From the NCBI RefSeq assembly GCF_029589495.1, contig NZ_JAAIVF010000002.1, positions 696,353-728,352 on the forward strand: a stretch of 32,000 nt of DNA, given 5' to 3'. The position numbers and the translations under genes were made by a program. Positions within the stretch are counted from its first letter, which is position 1; each line of letters starts with the position of its first letter. This DNA is from Speluncibacter jeojiensis (GTDB taxonomy: Bacteria; Actinomycetota; Actinomycetes; Mycobacteriales; Mycobacteriaceae). Below the pieces are notes generated by a model. It had not been told where the DNA came from, searched no databases, and worked only from the letters and a program-made list of their open reading frames with translations. Shown here one piece after another: positions 20,816-28,989 of the stretch.

Positions 20816-22185
20816 GAGGTGATGCCTCCTGCGGGATGAGTCGAGGCCGGGGTGGCGTCCTGCGCTGAGATGTCGGAGAAGACCAGGTCGGCGGCTCGGT
20901 GCCCGCTGCGCACCGCGCCCTCCATCGTGTCCGGCCAGCCGGTGGCGGTCCACGCGCCCGCCAGCGCGAGACCGGGCAGCGGGGTCTGCGCGTCGGGCCG
21001 CAACCCCGCGGTACCCGGCGCCTGACGGAAGGTGCCGCGGCGCTCGCGGGTGACGAAGAAGTGCTCGAGTTCGGCGTCGGCCGCCCCCGGCAGCAGCCGG
21101 ACCAGCTCGCGCTCGAAGATCCCGCGCAGTTCCGGCGCGGGCGTGCCGATCCACCGGTCCGCGGCGGACAGCGAGATGGTCAGGTACTGGCCGCCCTCGT
21201 ACCCGGCGGTCTCGGTGCGGTCGAAGAACCACTGCACCGGTGAGTCGAGCACCGCCGCGAACGGGAGGTCGGTGACCTTGCGCCGAAACGCCATGTGCAC
21301 GTTCATGATCGGGTTCTTGCCGAGCCGCTCCAGCTCGTCCGGGCGCAGTCCGGTCTGCGCGGGGCAGATCCGCGCCGCCGGTTCCGGCGGGGTCGCGACC
21401 ACGACGCCGTCGGCGTGCAGGTCCGCGCCGTCGAGCCGCACGACATAGCCGCGGTCCAACGGTTCGATGTGCCGCACCGCGTTGTGCGTGAGGATCCGGC
21501 CGCCGCGCGCCCGCAGATACCGCGCGGCCGGACGCACGTGCAGTTCGTCGAGCGAGACGACGGGCACGCCGATGTCCGCGGCGTCGCTGCGGTCGAGCAG
21601 CGCGGTGCGGAACACCATGACCGCCGAGGCCAGCGACGCCTCGTCCGCGTCCGTGTTGAGCGCGGCGACCGAGATCAGGTTCCACAGAGCGTCCGAGGTC
21701 GCCTGGGTCTGGCCGTGCTCGCGCAGCCAGTCGCCGAAGGTGCGGCCGTCCAGTTCCGGATCGTCGGGGGAGAGCCGGCGCAGCGCGGTCGCCGCGCGCA
21801 GCACGCGGGCGCGGTCGGCCATGCTCAGCGCACGGTAGCGGGCCAGCCCCAGCCCGAGGTGCAGCGGCGCGGGGCCGCCGGTGCGGGTCAGCGTGGTCCT
21901 GGTGCCGTCCGGCAGCAGCACCGGCATCCGGAAGCGGTTCTGCATGGCGATGCCGTCGCTCGATCCGATCCTGTCCAGCAACGCCAGATAGTCACTGTAG
22001 CAACGCATCACGACGTGCTGGCCGTTGTCGACGGTCAGCCCGTCGCGGTGAAACGAGAAGGTGGCGCCGCCGAGCCGGCCGCGCGCCTCCACCAGCGTCA
22101 CCCGCACGCCGCAGTCGGCCAGGTCGCAGGCCGCGGTCAGGCCCGCGAGCCCGCCGCCGATCACCACGACCACCTTGCCGTTCAT
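20812..22185 (-). CDS. hpnE: Hydroxysqualene dehydroxylase HpnE (FAD-dependent amine-oxidase fold), 457 aa
   Basis: The start MNGKVVVIGGGLAGLTAA carries the GxGxxG dinucleotide-binding motif, and its ATG at 22185 overlaps the hpnD stop. The gene sits between hpnD and the prenyl synthase as in known hpnCDE clusters. Confidence 0.87.
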   Translation of the reverse strand: MNGKVVVVIGGGLAGLTAACDLADCGVRVTLVEARGRLGGATFSFHRDGLTVDNGQHVVMRCYSDYLALLDRIGSSDGIAMQNRFRMPVLLPDGTRTTLTRTGGPAPLHLGLGLARYRALSMADRARVLRAATALRRLSPDDPELDGRTFGDWLREHGQTQATSDALWNLISVAALNTDADEASLASAVMVFRTALLDRSDAADIGVPVVSLDELHVRPAARYLRARGGRILTHNAVRHIEPLDRGYVVRLDGADLHADGVVVATPPEPAARICPAQTGLRPDELERLGKNPIMNVHMAFRRKVTDLPFAAVLDSPVQWFFDRTETAGYEGGQYLTISLSAADRWIGTPAPELRGIFERELVRLLPGAADAELEHFFVTRERRGTFRQAPGTAGLRPDAQTPLPGLALAGAWTATGWPDTMEGAVRSGHRAADLVFSDISAQDATPASTHPAGGITS

Positions 22186-23063
22186 CGCATCGCTCCCGCC
22201 AATGCGCCGACCGCCACCGCGACCTTCTCGCGGTCGGGCAGGCTGGTCCGTTCGGTCAGGATGGTGTGCGGCCGAATCGCCATGTGGCGCAACAACCGGT
22301 GATAGATGCCCGCCATCGCAGCACAGCACGCGCGGCTGCGGCCGTCCAGTTGCGGCAGCAGCCGCAGGCCGACCGTGTACCACTCCTCGGCGCGGGCGGC
22401 CTGGTACTCGAACAGCGCCAGCAGCCGCTCCGGCGGGTCGGACAGGTTGCCCCGATCGTCCAGATCGAGGGTGCAGCCGAACTGGGCGAGTTCGTCGGCC
22501 GGCAGGTAGATCCTGCCGTCCCGCCGGTCCTCGAGCACGTCCCGCAGGATGTTGGTCAGCTGCAGCGCGACACCCAGCGCGTCGGCGAGATCGCTGTCGC
22601 CGTCGGGGTCGTGGCTGCCGAACACGGCCAACGACAGGCGCCCGATCGACCCCGCCACACACCGGCAGTAGTGGTGCAGTTCCGCGAACGATCGGTACTG
22701 CGTGCCCAGCACATCGGCCCGGCACCCCTCGATCAGTTCGTCGAAGGCGCCCAGCGGCAGGCCCTGCGTGCGGGCCGCGTCGGCCAGTGCGGTGAGCACC
22801 GGATCCTCGGGGTGCTCGTCGAGCGCGCGCAGTTGCTGCTGGGCCAGCTCGAGGTCCACCAGCTTCTGCGGGGCGGGCAGGTCGCCGTCGCCGATGTCGT
22901 CGATGCGCCGCGCGAAGGCGTACACAGCGCTCAGGGCGGCGCGTTTGGGCGGCGGCAGCAGCCGGATTCCGTACGAGAAGTTCTTCGCCTCCGCCGCGGT
23001 GATCTGCCGACAGCGCTCATAGGCCTCCTCGACGTTGCTCGTCGTGCTCGTCGCGGCACTCAT
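22182..23063 (-). CDS. hpnD: Presqualene diphosphate synthase HpnD (squalene/phytoene synthase family), 293 aa
   Basis: SQS/PSY motifs are present: YAFARRIDDIGD and NILRDVLEDRRDGRIYLPADEL. The ATG at 23063 overlaps the hpnC stop. Confidence 0.87.
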   Translation of the reverse strand: MSAATSTTSNVEEAYERCRQITAAEAKNFSYGIRLLPPPKRAALSAVYAFARRIDDIGDGDLPAPQKLVDLELAQQQLRALDEHPEDPVLTALADAARTQGLPLGAFDELIEGCRADVLGTQYRSFAELHHYCRCVAGSIGRLSLAVFGSHDPDGDSDLADALGVALQLTNILRDVLEDRRDGRIYLPADELAQFGCTLDLDDRGNLSDPPERLLALFEYQAARAEEWYTVGLRLLPQLDGRSRACCAAMAGIYHRLLRHMAIRPHTILTERTSLPDREKVAVAVGALAGAMR

Positions 23064-23956
23064 CGCCTCCCCCTCCACAGACCCAGCGCCAGCGTCGCGG
23101 TGCGGCGCCTGCCCGGCCTGGGATCGCGTCCCAACACGTCGAATTCCGCGGCGGCGAGGGCCTCGGCGGTCGCCAGGCCGCCCGCGACATAGCCGGCGAC
23201 GGCGACCTTGGCGAAGCCCTGCAGCGATGCGACCAGCGCGGTGCCCTCGTCCAGCAGGCGGACCGCGCGCTGCACCTCGAACCCGACCAGCGCCCGCACG
23301 CCGCGGGTCGCGGCCGGCGCGAGCAGGTCCGCCTCGTCGACGCGGAAGCGCATCAGGTCCTCGGTGGGCAGGTAGATCCGCCCGGCCGTCGCGTCCTCGC
23401 CGACGTCCTGCGCGTGTTCGAGCAGCTGCAACGCCGTGCACACCCGGTCGGAGAGTGCGATCCGCGCGGGGGTCGCGGCGCCGAAGATGCCGAGTACCAG
23501 CTCGCCGACCGGATCGGCGGACAGTGCGCAGTAGGAACGCAGGTTCGCGTACGTCGCGTATCGGGTGACCACCTGGTCCTGACGGTTCGCCTGGATCAGC
23601 CGGTCGAAGGGCCCGCGGGGCAGATCGCACTCGCGGATCGTGGCGGAGAGCTCACGGTAGGGCGACTCGGGGGTCAGCCGCCCGGAGTAGATGCGGTCGA
23701 GCTGGTGGGCGGCCTGGTCGAGCAGGGCCATGCGGTTGCCGGGCGCCTCGTCGCCGATGTCGTCGACGGTGCGCGCGAACCCGTACAGCGCGGTCAGGTG
23801 GCGCCGGTGTGCGCGCGGGAGCAGAACCGACGCGACGGGGAAGTTCTCGTTGCGCGCCTTGATCCGCAGCCCCTCATCACCGGGCTGCTCGCGCGGCGAC
23901 GGGGACCGGTCGGCGTCCCGCGCCACGAAAATCGATCGACCAGTTGTGCCGGCCAA
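23060..23956 (-). CDS. hpnC: Hydroxysqualene/squalene synthase HpnC (squalene/phytoene synthase family), about 298 aa
   Basis: Motifs: ENFPVAS, YGFARTVDDIGDE, and HAQDVGEDATAGRIYLPTEDL. I prefer the TTG at 23956, which follows GGAGGAGGGG (23968-23959). The track start is a TTG at 24010 without an RBS, so the start is uncertain. Confidence 0.8.
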   Translation of the reverse strand: MAGTTGRSIFVARDADRSPSPREQPGDEGLRIKARNENFPVASVLLPRAHRRHLTALYGFARTVDDIGDEAPGNRMALLDQAAHQLDRIYSGRLTPESPYRELSATIRECDLPRGPFDRLIQANRQDQVVTRYATYANLRSYCALSADPVGELVLGIFGAATPARIALSDRVCTALQLLEHAQDVGEDATAGRIYLPTEDLMRFRVDEADLLAPAATRGVRALVGFEVQRAVRLLDEGTALVASLQGFAKVAVAGYVAGGLATAEALAAAEFDVLGRDPRPGRRRTATLALGLWRGRR

Positions 23957-24353
23957 TACCCCTCCTCCGGCTGTGGTGTCGGGTGCTGGTGCTGATGTTG
24001 CACTTCTCAACCGCTCGGGATGGCAGGTACGACGTTACGTCGCCCCGCTGGGCGTGTTGTCGGAATCGAGAACATCGCAAGCGGTCCGAAATTGCATGAT
24101 CGAGATGGGCTGTCGTCCAGTTACACACCGGCCGTGGCCATTTCAACCGGCCGACCGTTTACGCCGAAACCCAGGTCATCGCCTATACGAGAATCGAAAA
24201 GCGCGGCGACATAACACTATTGATACCGTGAGTCACATATTGCCGGATATTCGCGACGTATTGGCTTGCTGTCCAACAGAACCGTCTCACGTCGAACACC
24301 GGTGACCATGTTCGTGCATGGTCATTTGCGGGTAACGCGCGGACAATACGTTC

Positions 24354-25238
24354 GTGGTCTACGTCCTCGGGTTGACGGCAGCGGTACTGCTCGCCATCGG
24401 GTTCGTGCTGCAACAGCACGCCGCCGAGGAGGAACCGGTCGCGCTGCGCTTCTCCCCCTATCTGCTCGTCGACCTGCTCCGGCGGCCGCTCTGGGTCACG
24501 GGCATCGTCGCGATGATCGGCGGCCTGATCGCCAGCGCCGCCGCCTTCGCGCAGGGCGCCGTCGCCCTCGTCGAACCGCTGCTCGCCAGCACCCTGCTGT
24601 TCGCGCTTCCGTTGACCGCGCTGTACCACCGCCGGCGCATGCAACTGCTCGACGGGATCGGGGCGGTGGTCCTCGTCGCGGGTCTGGCACTGTTCGTCGC
24701 CGCCGGACGGCCCGACGGCGGGTCACCGGAATCGGCCGACATGATCGGCTGGGCGGCCGCCTTCGGGTCGATCCTCGCGGTGGTGCTGGTGATCGTGTTG
24801 CTGTTCAAGCGCTTCGGCTCGCTCACCGAGGCGGCACTGCTGGCCACCGCCGCGGGCATGCTGTTCGGCCTGCAGGACACGCTGACCCAGGCCGCGGACC
24901 ACCTGCTCACCCACGGCATCGGCGCGCTGCTGACCAGCTGGATCCCCTACACGGTCATCGGGCTCGGCGTCGTCGGGCTGACCTTCACCCAGATGGCCTT
25001 CGCCGCGGCGCCGCTGTCCGCCTCACTGCCGGCGCAGACCGCCGTCGAACCGGTCGTCGGGATCGCGCTCGGCATCATGCTGTTCGACGAGCGGGTGAAC
25101 ACCAGTCTTCCCGCGATCGTCGGGCAGGTCGTCGGAATCATCGCGATCGTCGCCGGGGTGATCGTGATCGGCAGGTCCCCGCTGGTGACCGGGGAGTTCC
25201 ATCGGATCGCCGAGCGGCATCACAAGCGCGTGGGGTGA
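24354..25238 (+). CDS. Polytopic integral membrane protein (DMT/EamA-like topology, about 9-10 TM), 294 aa
   Basis: GTG start. Hydrophobic helices run throughout with short loops, and the two halves have a similar pattern. Family assignment is tentative. Confidence 0.65.
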   Translation: MVYVLGLTAAVLLAIGFVLQQHAAEEEPVALRFSPYLLVDLLRRPLWVTGIVAMIGGLIASAAAFAQGAVALVEPLLASTLLFALPLTALYHRRRMQLLDGIGAVVLVAGLALFVAAGRPDGGSPESADMIGWAAAFGSILAVVLVIVLLFKRFGSLTEAALLATAAGMLFGLQDTLTQAADHLLTHGIGALLTSWIPYTVIGLGVVGLTFTQMAFAAAPLSASLPAQTAVEPVVGIALGIMLFDERVNTSLPAIVGQVVGIIAIVAGVIVIGRSPLVTGEFHRIAERHHKRVG

Positions 25239-25266
25239 CCGACCGACCCTGCGCCCACGATCGCCG

Positions 25267-25770
25267 TCACGCGCCTCGCAGCGGCAGGGGCACCGGACCG
25301 CCGCCGGTCAGGGCGTCCCCCGCCGGAGACACCAGCCACCACCGGCCCCCGAACTCGAGCCGGCCGGCACCGGCGGCGCTGTCCGGGTCCCGGTCGCCGA
25401 CCAGCCGATACAGCGGATGTCCGCGGTACGTGACCTGTGTCGTGCCGTCCTGACGGTCGGTCGTGCCGAGCAGGTCGCCGTCGACACCGAGGGTGGCATC
25501 CGGGGAGCCCGCGGTGGTCAACGGCAGCCAGCGCGCGCTGCAGGTCCAGTTGCAGACCGAGACCGTGTTGATGTCCCGCGCGAACACGTACAGCGGGCTG
25601 CCGCCCCCATCGATCAAATACCCGCCCGCCCCGCCGCGGTGCAGCGACACCACGGCGGGGTGCGCGGGCGGGGTCCACGGACCGGCACTGCCGCATGCCG
25701 CGACGGCCAGGCCGCCGGACAGCGCGAACGCCACCGCCAACACACGCGTGGACTGCCTCACGTGCCTCAC
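25267..25770 (-). CDS. Lipoprotein with YxxDxxGxxLYxF-type secreted repeat (COG4315-like), 167 aa
   Basis: Signal peptide with lipobox LAVAAC. Repeat signatures: GYLIDGGGSPLYVFARD and QVTYRGHPLYRLVGD. The start is GTG at 25770 or GTG at 25761. Confidence 0.75.
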   Translation of the reverse strand: MRHVRQSTRVLAVAFALSGGLAVAACGSAGPWTPPAHPAVVSLHRGGAGGYLIDGGGSPLYVFARDINTVSVCNWTCSARWLPLTTAGSPDATLGVDGDLLGTTDRQDGTTQVTYRGHPLYRLVGDRDPDSAAGAGRLEFGGRWWLVSPAGDALTGGGPVPLPLRGA

Positions 25771-25808
25771 CTCTCACCGGTGTGGCTACCGCCGCGGCGC
25801 CGTTGCGC

Positions 25809-25846
25809 CCGGGGAACGACGGTACGACGTTAGGCGCGTTCCCCGG
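25809..25846 (-). promoter_or_regulatory. 10-bp perfect inverted repeat (18-nt spacer) in the lipoprotein upstream region
   Basis: CCGGGGAACG (25809-25818) pairs with CGTTCCCCGG (25837-25846). The repeat lies 39-76 nt upstream of the lipoprotein start and 66 nt downstream of the preceding gene's stop. It could be that gene's terminator or an operator. Confidence 0.3.
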
Positions 25847-25911
25847 CCCGGTGGCGAGGTTTGACCAGTCTGTTATCTGTTGTTCGCGCGTTCGCGACCA
25901 TCGCGCCGGCG

Positions 25912-26601
25912 CTACTTGGCCGGCTTGGCGGGCTCGTTCAGCTTCTGCAGGAACGGCTGCGCGTTGGCCGCGACGCCACCCAGCCCACCGATCGCGGTGC
26001 CGGCCAAGCCCGCGGTGGTGCCGAGCAACAGCGCCCCGCCCACGCAGCCGGCCAGTGGTCCGGCGCCGAGCAACTCGACCGCGGGCGCCGAGACCACCCC
26101 GGCCGCCGCGGCCCCCAGCACGCAGCCGCCGACGATGCCCGCGGCCGCACCGACGAACCCACCGATCTGCGAGGTCAGCCCGATCGGGTCCTTGACCGCC
26201 GCGACCGCCGAGTTCAGGTCGGCCGGGTGCAGTCCCGGGACCTTCGCGGACAGCCCGGCGTCGGCGGTCCGGCTCGGCGTCAGCGTCGCGGTGTCGTCGT
26301 CGATGCGCGCAGCCACCGGGAACACCTTGCCCGGCTCGCTGATGACCGCGTACGCCAGCGGCACCGCCGCGGCGGCATTGCCGGCGGCATTGCGCACCAC
26401 CAGGTGACCGTCCTCGCTGGTCAACGAGCCGGAGTCGGTTCGCAGGACCACGTGATCGCCCTGTCGCGCGAGGTTCCAGTGCAGTACGTTGGCGGCGTCC
26501 TTCGCGGCCGCCGGTGACGGTGCCGCATTCGCGGTTCCCGCCGCCGCCCCCATGGCCGCCACCAGCAGCACCGATGTCGTGGCGAACTTCCGGATCTTCA
26601 T
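25912..26601 (-). CDS. Secreted protein with C-terminal glycine-zipper hydrophobic region, 229 aa
   Basis: Signal peptide MKIRKFATTSVLLVAAMGAAAGTANA. A beta-rich middle domain is followed by about 75 aa of Gly/Ala-rich small-xxx-small repeats containing two Cys, then a basic tail KPAK. The RBS is AAGGGGA. Confidence 0.7.
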   Translation of the reverse strand: MKIRKFATTSVLLVAAMGAAAGTANAAPSPAAAKDAANVLHWNLARQGDHVVLRTDSGSLTSEDGHLVVRNAAGNAAAAVPLAYAVISEPGKVFPVAARIDDDTATLTPSRTADAGLSAKVPGLHPADLNSAVAAVKDPIGLTSQIGGFVGAAAGIVGGCVLGAAAAGVVSAPAVELLGAGPLAGCVGGALLLGTTAGLAGTAIGGLGGVAANAQPFLQKLNEPAKPAK

Positions 26602-26908
26602 GCGTCCACATCCCCTTCGGCCGAGTGATCGTTTTCTGCATCCTCTGAAGCGGTCGTGTCACCTCCGTGTCCGCGACGTTGCGACACGGTAACCGATCTC
26701 TCGCATGCGCGGACGATTTACCGCTGCTTACACGCCTTTGCGGATGATTACGTGGAGGATGACCGCGTGAGCGTGATCACACACCGGTACTCGCGGTCCG
26801 AGCCCACCGCCGAGCCGCCCTGATCCGAGCCTGCTCAGCGCATGATGGAACGGGACGCGATCGGCGATGGGGACGAGACACGGGTGCGACCCGGGCGAGG
26901 AGTGACAC

Positions 26909-27166
26909 ATGGCGGAGCAGGACGACAACACCCGCGAGGTCGAGAGCGCAGCGAGCGAGGCGACCGAGTCCGTGGCCGAGGCGGCGTCGGACGCCGCGGA
27001 CGCGGTCCGGGACGCGCCCGAGGAGGAGCCGCAGCCGATCCACCCGCATCCGGCCTACGAGGACTACGAGGCGCCCGACAGCAACATCATGCCGAAGGTG
27101 ATCGCGGCGATCCTCGGCGGCCTCGTGGTCGGTTGGCTGATCCTGCGCCGGCGCGGGCGCGACTGA
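26909..27166 (+). CDS. Small acidic tail-anchored membrane protein, 85 aa
   Basis: GAGGAG RBS lies 7 nt upstream of the ATG. A highly acidic, low-complexity N-terminus is followed by one C-terminal TM helix (VIAAILGGLVVGWLIL) and the stop-transfer sequence RRRGRD. Confidence 0.6.
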   Translation: MAEQDDNTREVESAASEATESVAEAASDAADAVRDAPEEEPQPIHPHPAYEDYEAPDSNIMPKVIAAILGGLVVGWLILRRRGRD

Positions 27167-27180
27167 GAATACGAAAAGGT

Positions 27181-27212
27181 CGCGGCCACAGGCGATCTGC
27201 CGTGTGGCCGCG
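27181..27212. terminator. 10-bp stem hairpin between convergent genes
   Basis: CGCGGCCACA (27181-27190) pairs with TGTGGCCGCG (27203-27212) across a 12-nt loop. It lies between the stop at 27166 (+) and the stop at 27230 (-). Confidence 0.55.
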
Positions 27213-27229
27213 CCCGGAGTCCGGTCCTG

Positions 27230-28783
27230 TCAGCGACCGGGAAGGAACCGCAGCAGCTTGATCGCGTGCGGCATCAGCTTGGCCCAGAGCGTGTTCGGCA
27301 TCCAGGTCGGTCCGCCGAGGTTCACCACGCGCGTGGTCGCGACCGTCTGCGCCTCGGTGTATTTGAGCAGGCCCTCGGCGCCGTGCCGACGACCCACACC
27401 GGAGACGCCCATGCCGCCCATCGGCGCGCCGGTGCTGCCCCAGGTCGGGCCGTAACCCTCGTTGACGTTGACGGTGCCGGCATGGATCCGCGCGGCGATC
27501 GCCTCGCCCTGGGACGTGGACGCCGCCCACACGCTGGCGTTGAGCCCGTACTCGGTGTCGTTCGCCTTGGCGATGGCCTGCTCGACGTTGTCGACCGGAT
27601 AGATCGACACCAGCGGCCCGAAGGTCTCGTTGGCCGCGCACTCCATGTCCTCGGTCACGCCGGTCAGCAGGGTCGGTTCGAAGAACAGCGGACCCAGGTC
27701 GGGGCGGGCCTTGCCGCCGGTGACGACGGTGGCCCCCTTGGTGACCGCGTCGTTGACGTGCTTGGTGACGGTCTCGACCTGCGCGACGGAGATCAGGCTG
27801 CCCATCTCGGGGCCGAACTCGTAGCCGGCGCCGAGCTTCATGTCCGCGACCCGCTTGCCGAGCACCCGGGTGAACTCGTCGGCGACCGACTTCTCGACGT
27901 AGATCCGCTCGATCGAGATGCACAGCTGGCCGGAGTTGGAGAAGCACGCCCGCACCGCCGCCTCGGCGACCTTCTTCAGGTTCGCGCCGGCGGTGACGAT
28001 CATCGGGTTCTTGCCGCCGAGTTCGGCCGAGTAGCCGATCAGCCGTCGCCCCGCCTGCTCGGCGAGTGTCTTGCCGGTCGCGGTCGAGCCGGTGAACATG
28101 AGGTACTCGGTGTTCTCCACGATCGCGGTGCCGACCACCGAACCCGGACCGGGCACCACCGCGAACAGCTCGCGCGGCAGTCCCGCCTGGTACAGCAGTT
28201 CCGCGCAGGCCAGCGCGCAGTACGGGGTCTGACTGTCCGGCTTGATCACCACCGCGTTGCCCGCCATCAGCGCCGCGATCGCATCGGAGACCGCCAGCGT
28301 CATCGGGTAGTTCCACGGCGAGATCACGCCGACCACGCCCTTGGGCTGGTGTCGCACCACCGTCTTCGTCAGCCCGGGCAGCATGCCCTGGACCCGCCGC
28401 GGGGCGAGCAGCTTCGGCGCCGTGCGCGCGTAGTAACGGGCGGTCATCGCGATGTCGAGGACCTCTTCGAGCGCCGACGCGCGGGACTTGCCGGTCTCCG
28501 CCTGTGCCATGTCCATCAGCGCATCGCGGTTCTCGAGCACCGACGTGTAGTAGCGATCGAAGATCTTGGCGCGCTGCGCGGGCGTGCGCTGGGCCCACTG
28601 CCGCTGCGCGACCCGGGCCCGCGCGATCGCGTCGACCGCATCCTGCGCGGTGCCGACCGGAACGGTCGCCAACTCGCGGCCGGTGAACACCTCGATCACG
28701 GGCTTGGTGGGGCGCTGGGCGGCCTCCGGGATGGCGATCGATTCGGCGAGACGGGCGAAGGTCTCGGCGGACGGCGCAGGCAT
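27230..28783 (-). CDS. gabD2: Succinate-semialdehyde dehydrogenase, GabD2-type aldehyde dehydrogenase, 517 aa
   Basis: ALDH motifs: VISPWNYP, ELGGKNP, and the catalytic Cys region FSNSGQLCISIERIYV. The length and C-terminal extension match my recollection of mycobacterial GabD2. RBS is AGGGGA. Confidence 0.88.
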   Translation of the reverse strand: MPAPSAETFARLAESIAIPEAAQRPTKPVIEVFTGRELATVPVGTAQDAVDAIARARVAQRQWAQRTPAQRAKIFDRYYTSVLENRDALMDMAQAETGKSRASALEEVLDIAMTARYYARTAPKLLAPRRVQGMLPGLTKTVVRHQPKGVVGVISPWNYPMTLAVSDAIAALMAGNAVVIKPDSQTPYCALACAELLYQAGLPRELFAVVPGPGSVVGTAIVENTEYLMFTGSTATGKTLAEQAGRRLIGYSAELGGKNPMIVTAGANLKKVAEAAVRACFSNSGQLCISIERIYVEKSVADEFTRVLGKRVADMKLGAGYEFGPEMGSLISVAQVETVTKHVNDAVTKGATVVTGGKARPDLGPLFFEPTLLTGVTEDMECAANETFGPLVSIYPVDNVEQAIAKANDTEYGLNASVWAASTSQGEAIAARIHAGTVNVNEGYGPTWGSTGAPMGGMGVSGVGRRHGAEGLLKYTEAQTVATTRVVNLGGPTWMPNTLWAKLMPHAIKLLRFLPGR

Positions 28784-28989
28784 GGCATTCCCCTAGCTCT
28801 ACAGGCGTGGTCGACAACACAGTACTACTGGTTACAGGTAGTTCGTCGTGCCCGTCGGACCACCGCTCCCGCGAACGCCCGACATCGGCCTCGAAGCCGA
28901 CTGTAGTCGCATCCACACCCCGCGAACCGGTCCCCGGCGATGCTCGTTTTCGGCTGATACTTGACCCTCACGCGGCGGGAGGCTGCACG

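Larger units (their letters stand above)
15386..23956 (-). other. Hopanoid biosynthesis operon (hpnC-hpnD-hpnE-polyprenyl synthase-shc-hpnG/ispH-hpnH)
   Basis: Seven co-oriented genes, each pair joined by an ATGA overlap. Products are assigned from family motifs listed under the individual genes. Confidence 0.9.

Noticed and set aside
19808-23630. N-terminal extensions in the ORF track that make the prenyl synthase 625 aa, hpnE 637 aa and hpnD 482 aa. The same pattern occurs for ORFs 568-2940, 6141-7331, 30154-30441, 30578-31699 and 31216-31974.
   Set aside because: The extensions run through the preceding gene in a different frame and are low-complexity. Recognisable homology begins at internal ATG codons that overlap the upstream stop (ATGA) or follow a good RBS.
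24026-24037. The identical 12-mer GGTACGACGTTA upstream of hpnC (24026-24037) and upstream of the lipoprotein gene (25821-25832). On the minus strand it reads TAACGTCGTACC and contains a -10-like TAACGT.
   Set aside because: A single shared 12-mer is close to chance expectation once both strands and all intergenic DNA in a 32-kb window are considered. The flanking sequence is not shared. I note it only as a possible common -10 region.
25809-25846. The GGGGAAC ... CGTTCCCC arms read as an ECF sigma (SigE/SigH/SigR-like) GGAAC-N-GTT promoter for the lipoprotein gene.
   Set aside because: The spacer between GGAAC and GTT is about 20 nt, which is 2-3 nt longer than the spacings I recall for these promoters. 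The two motifs are simply the two arms of a perfect inverted repeat.
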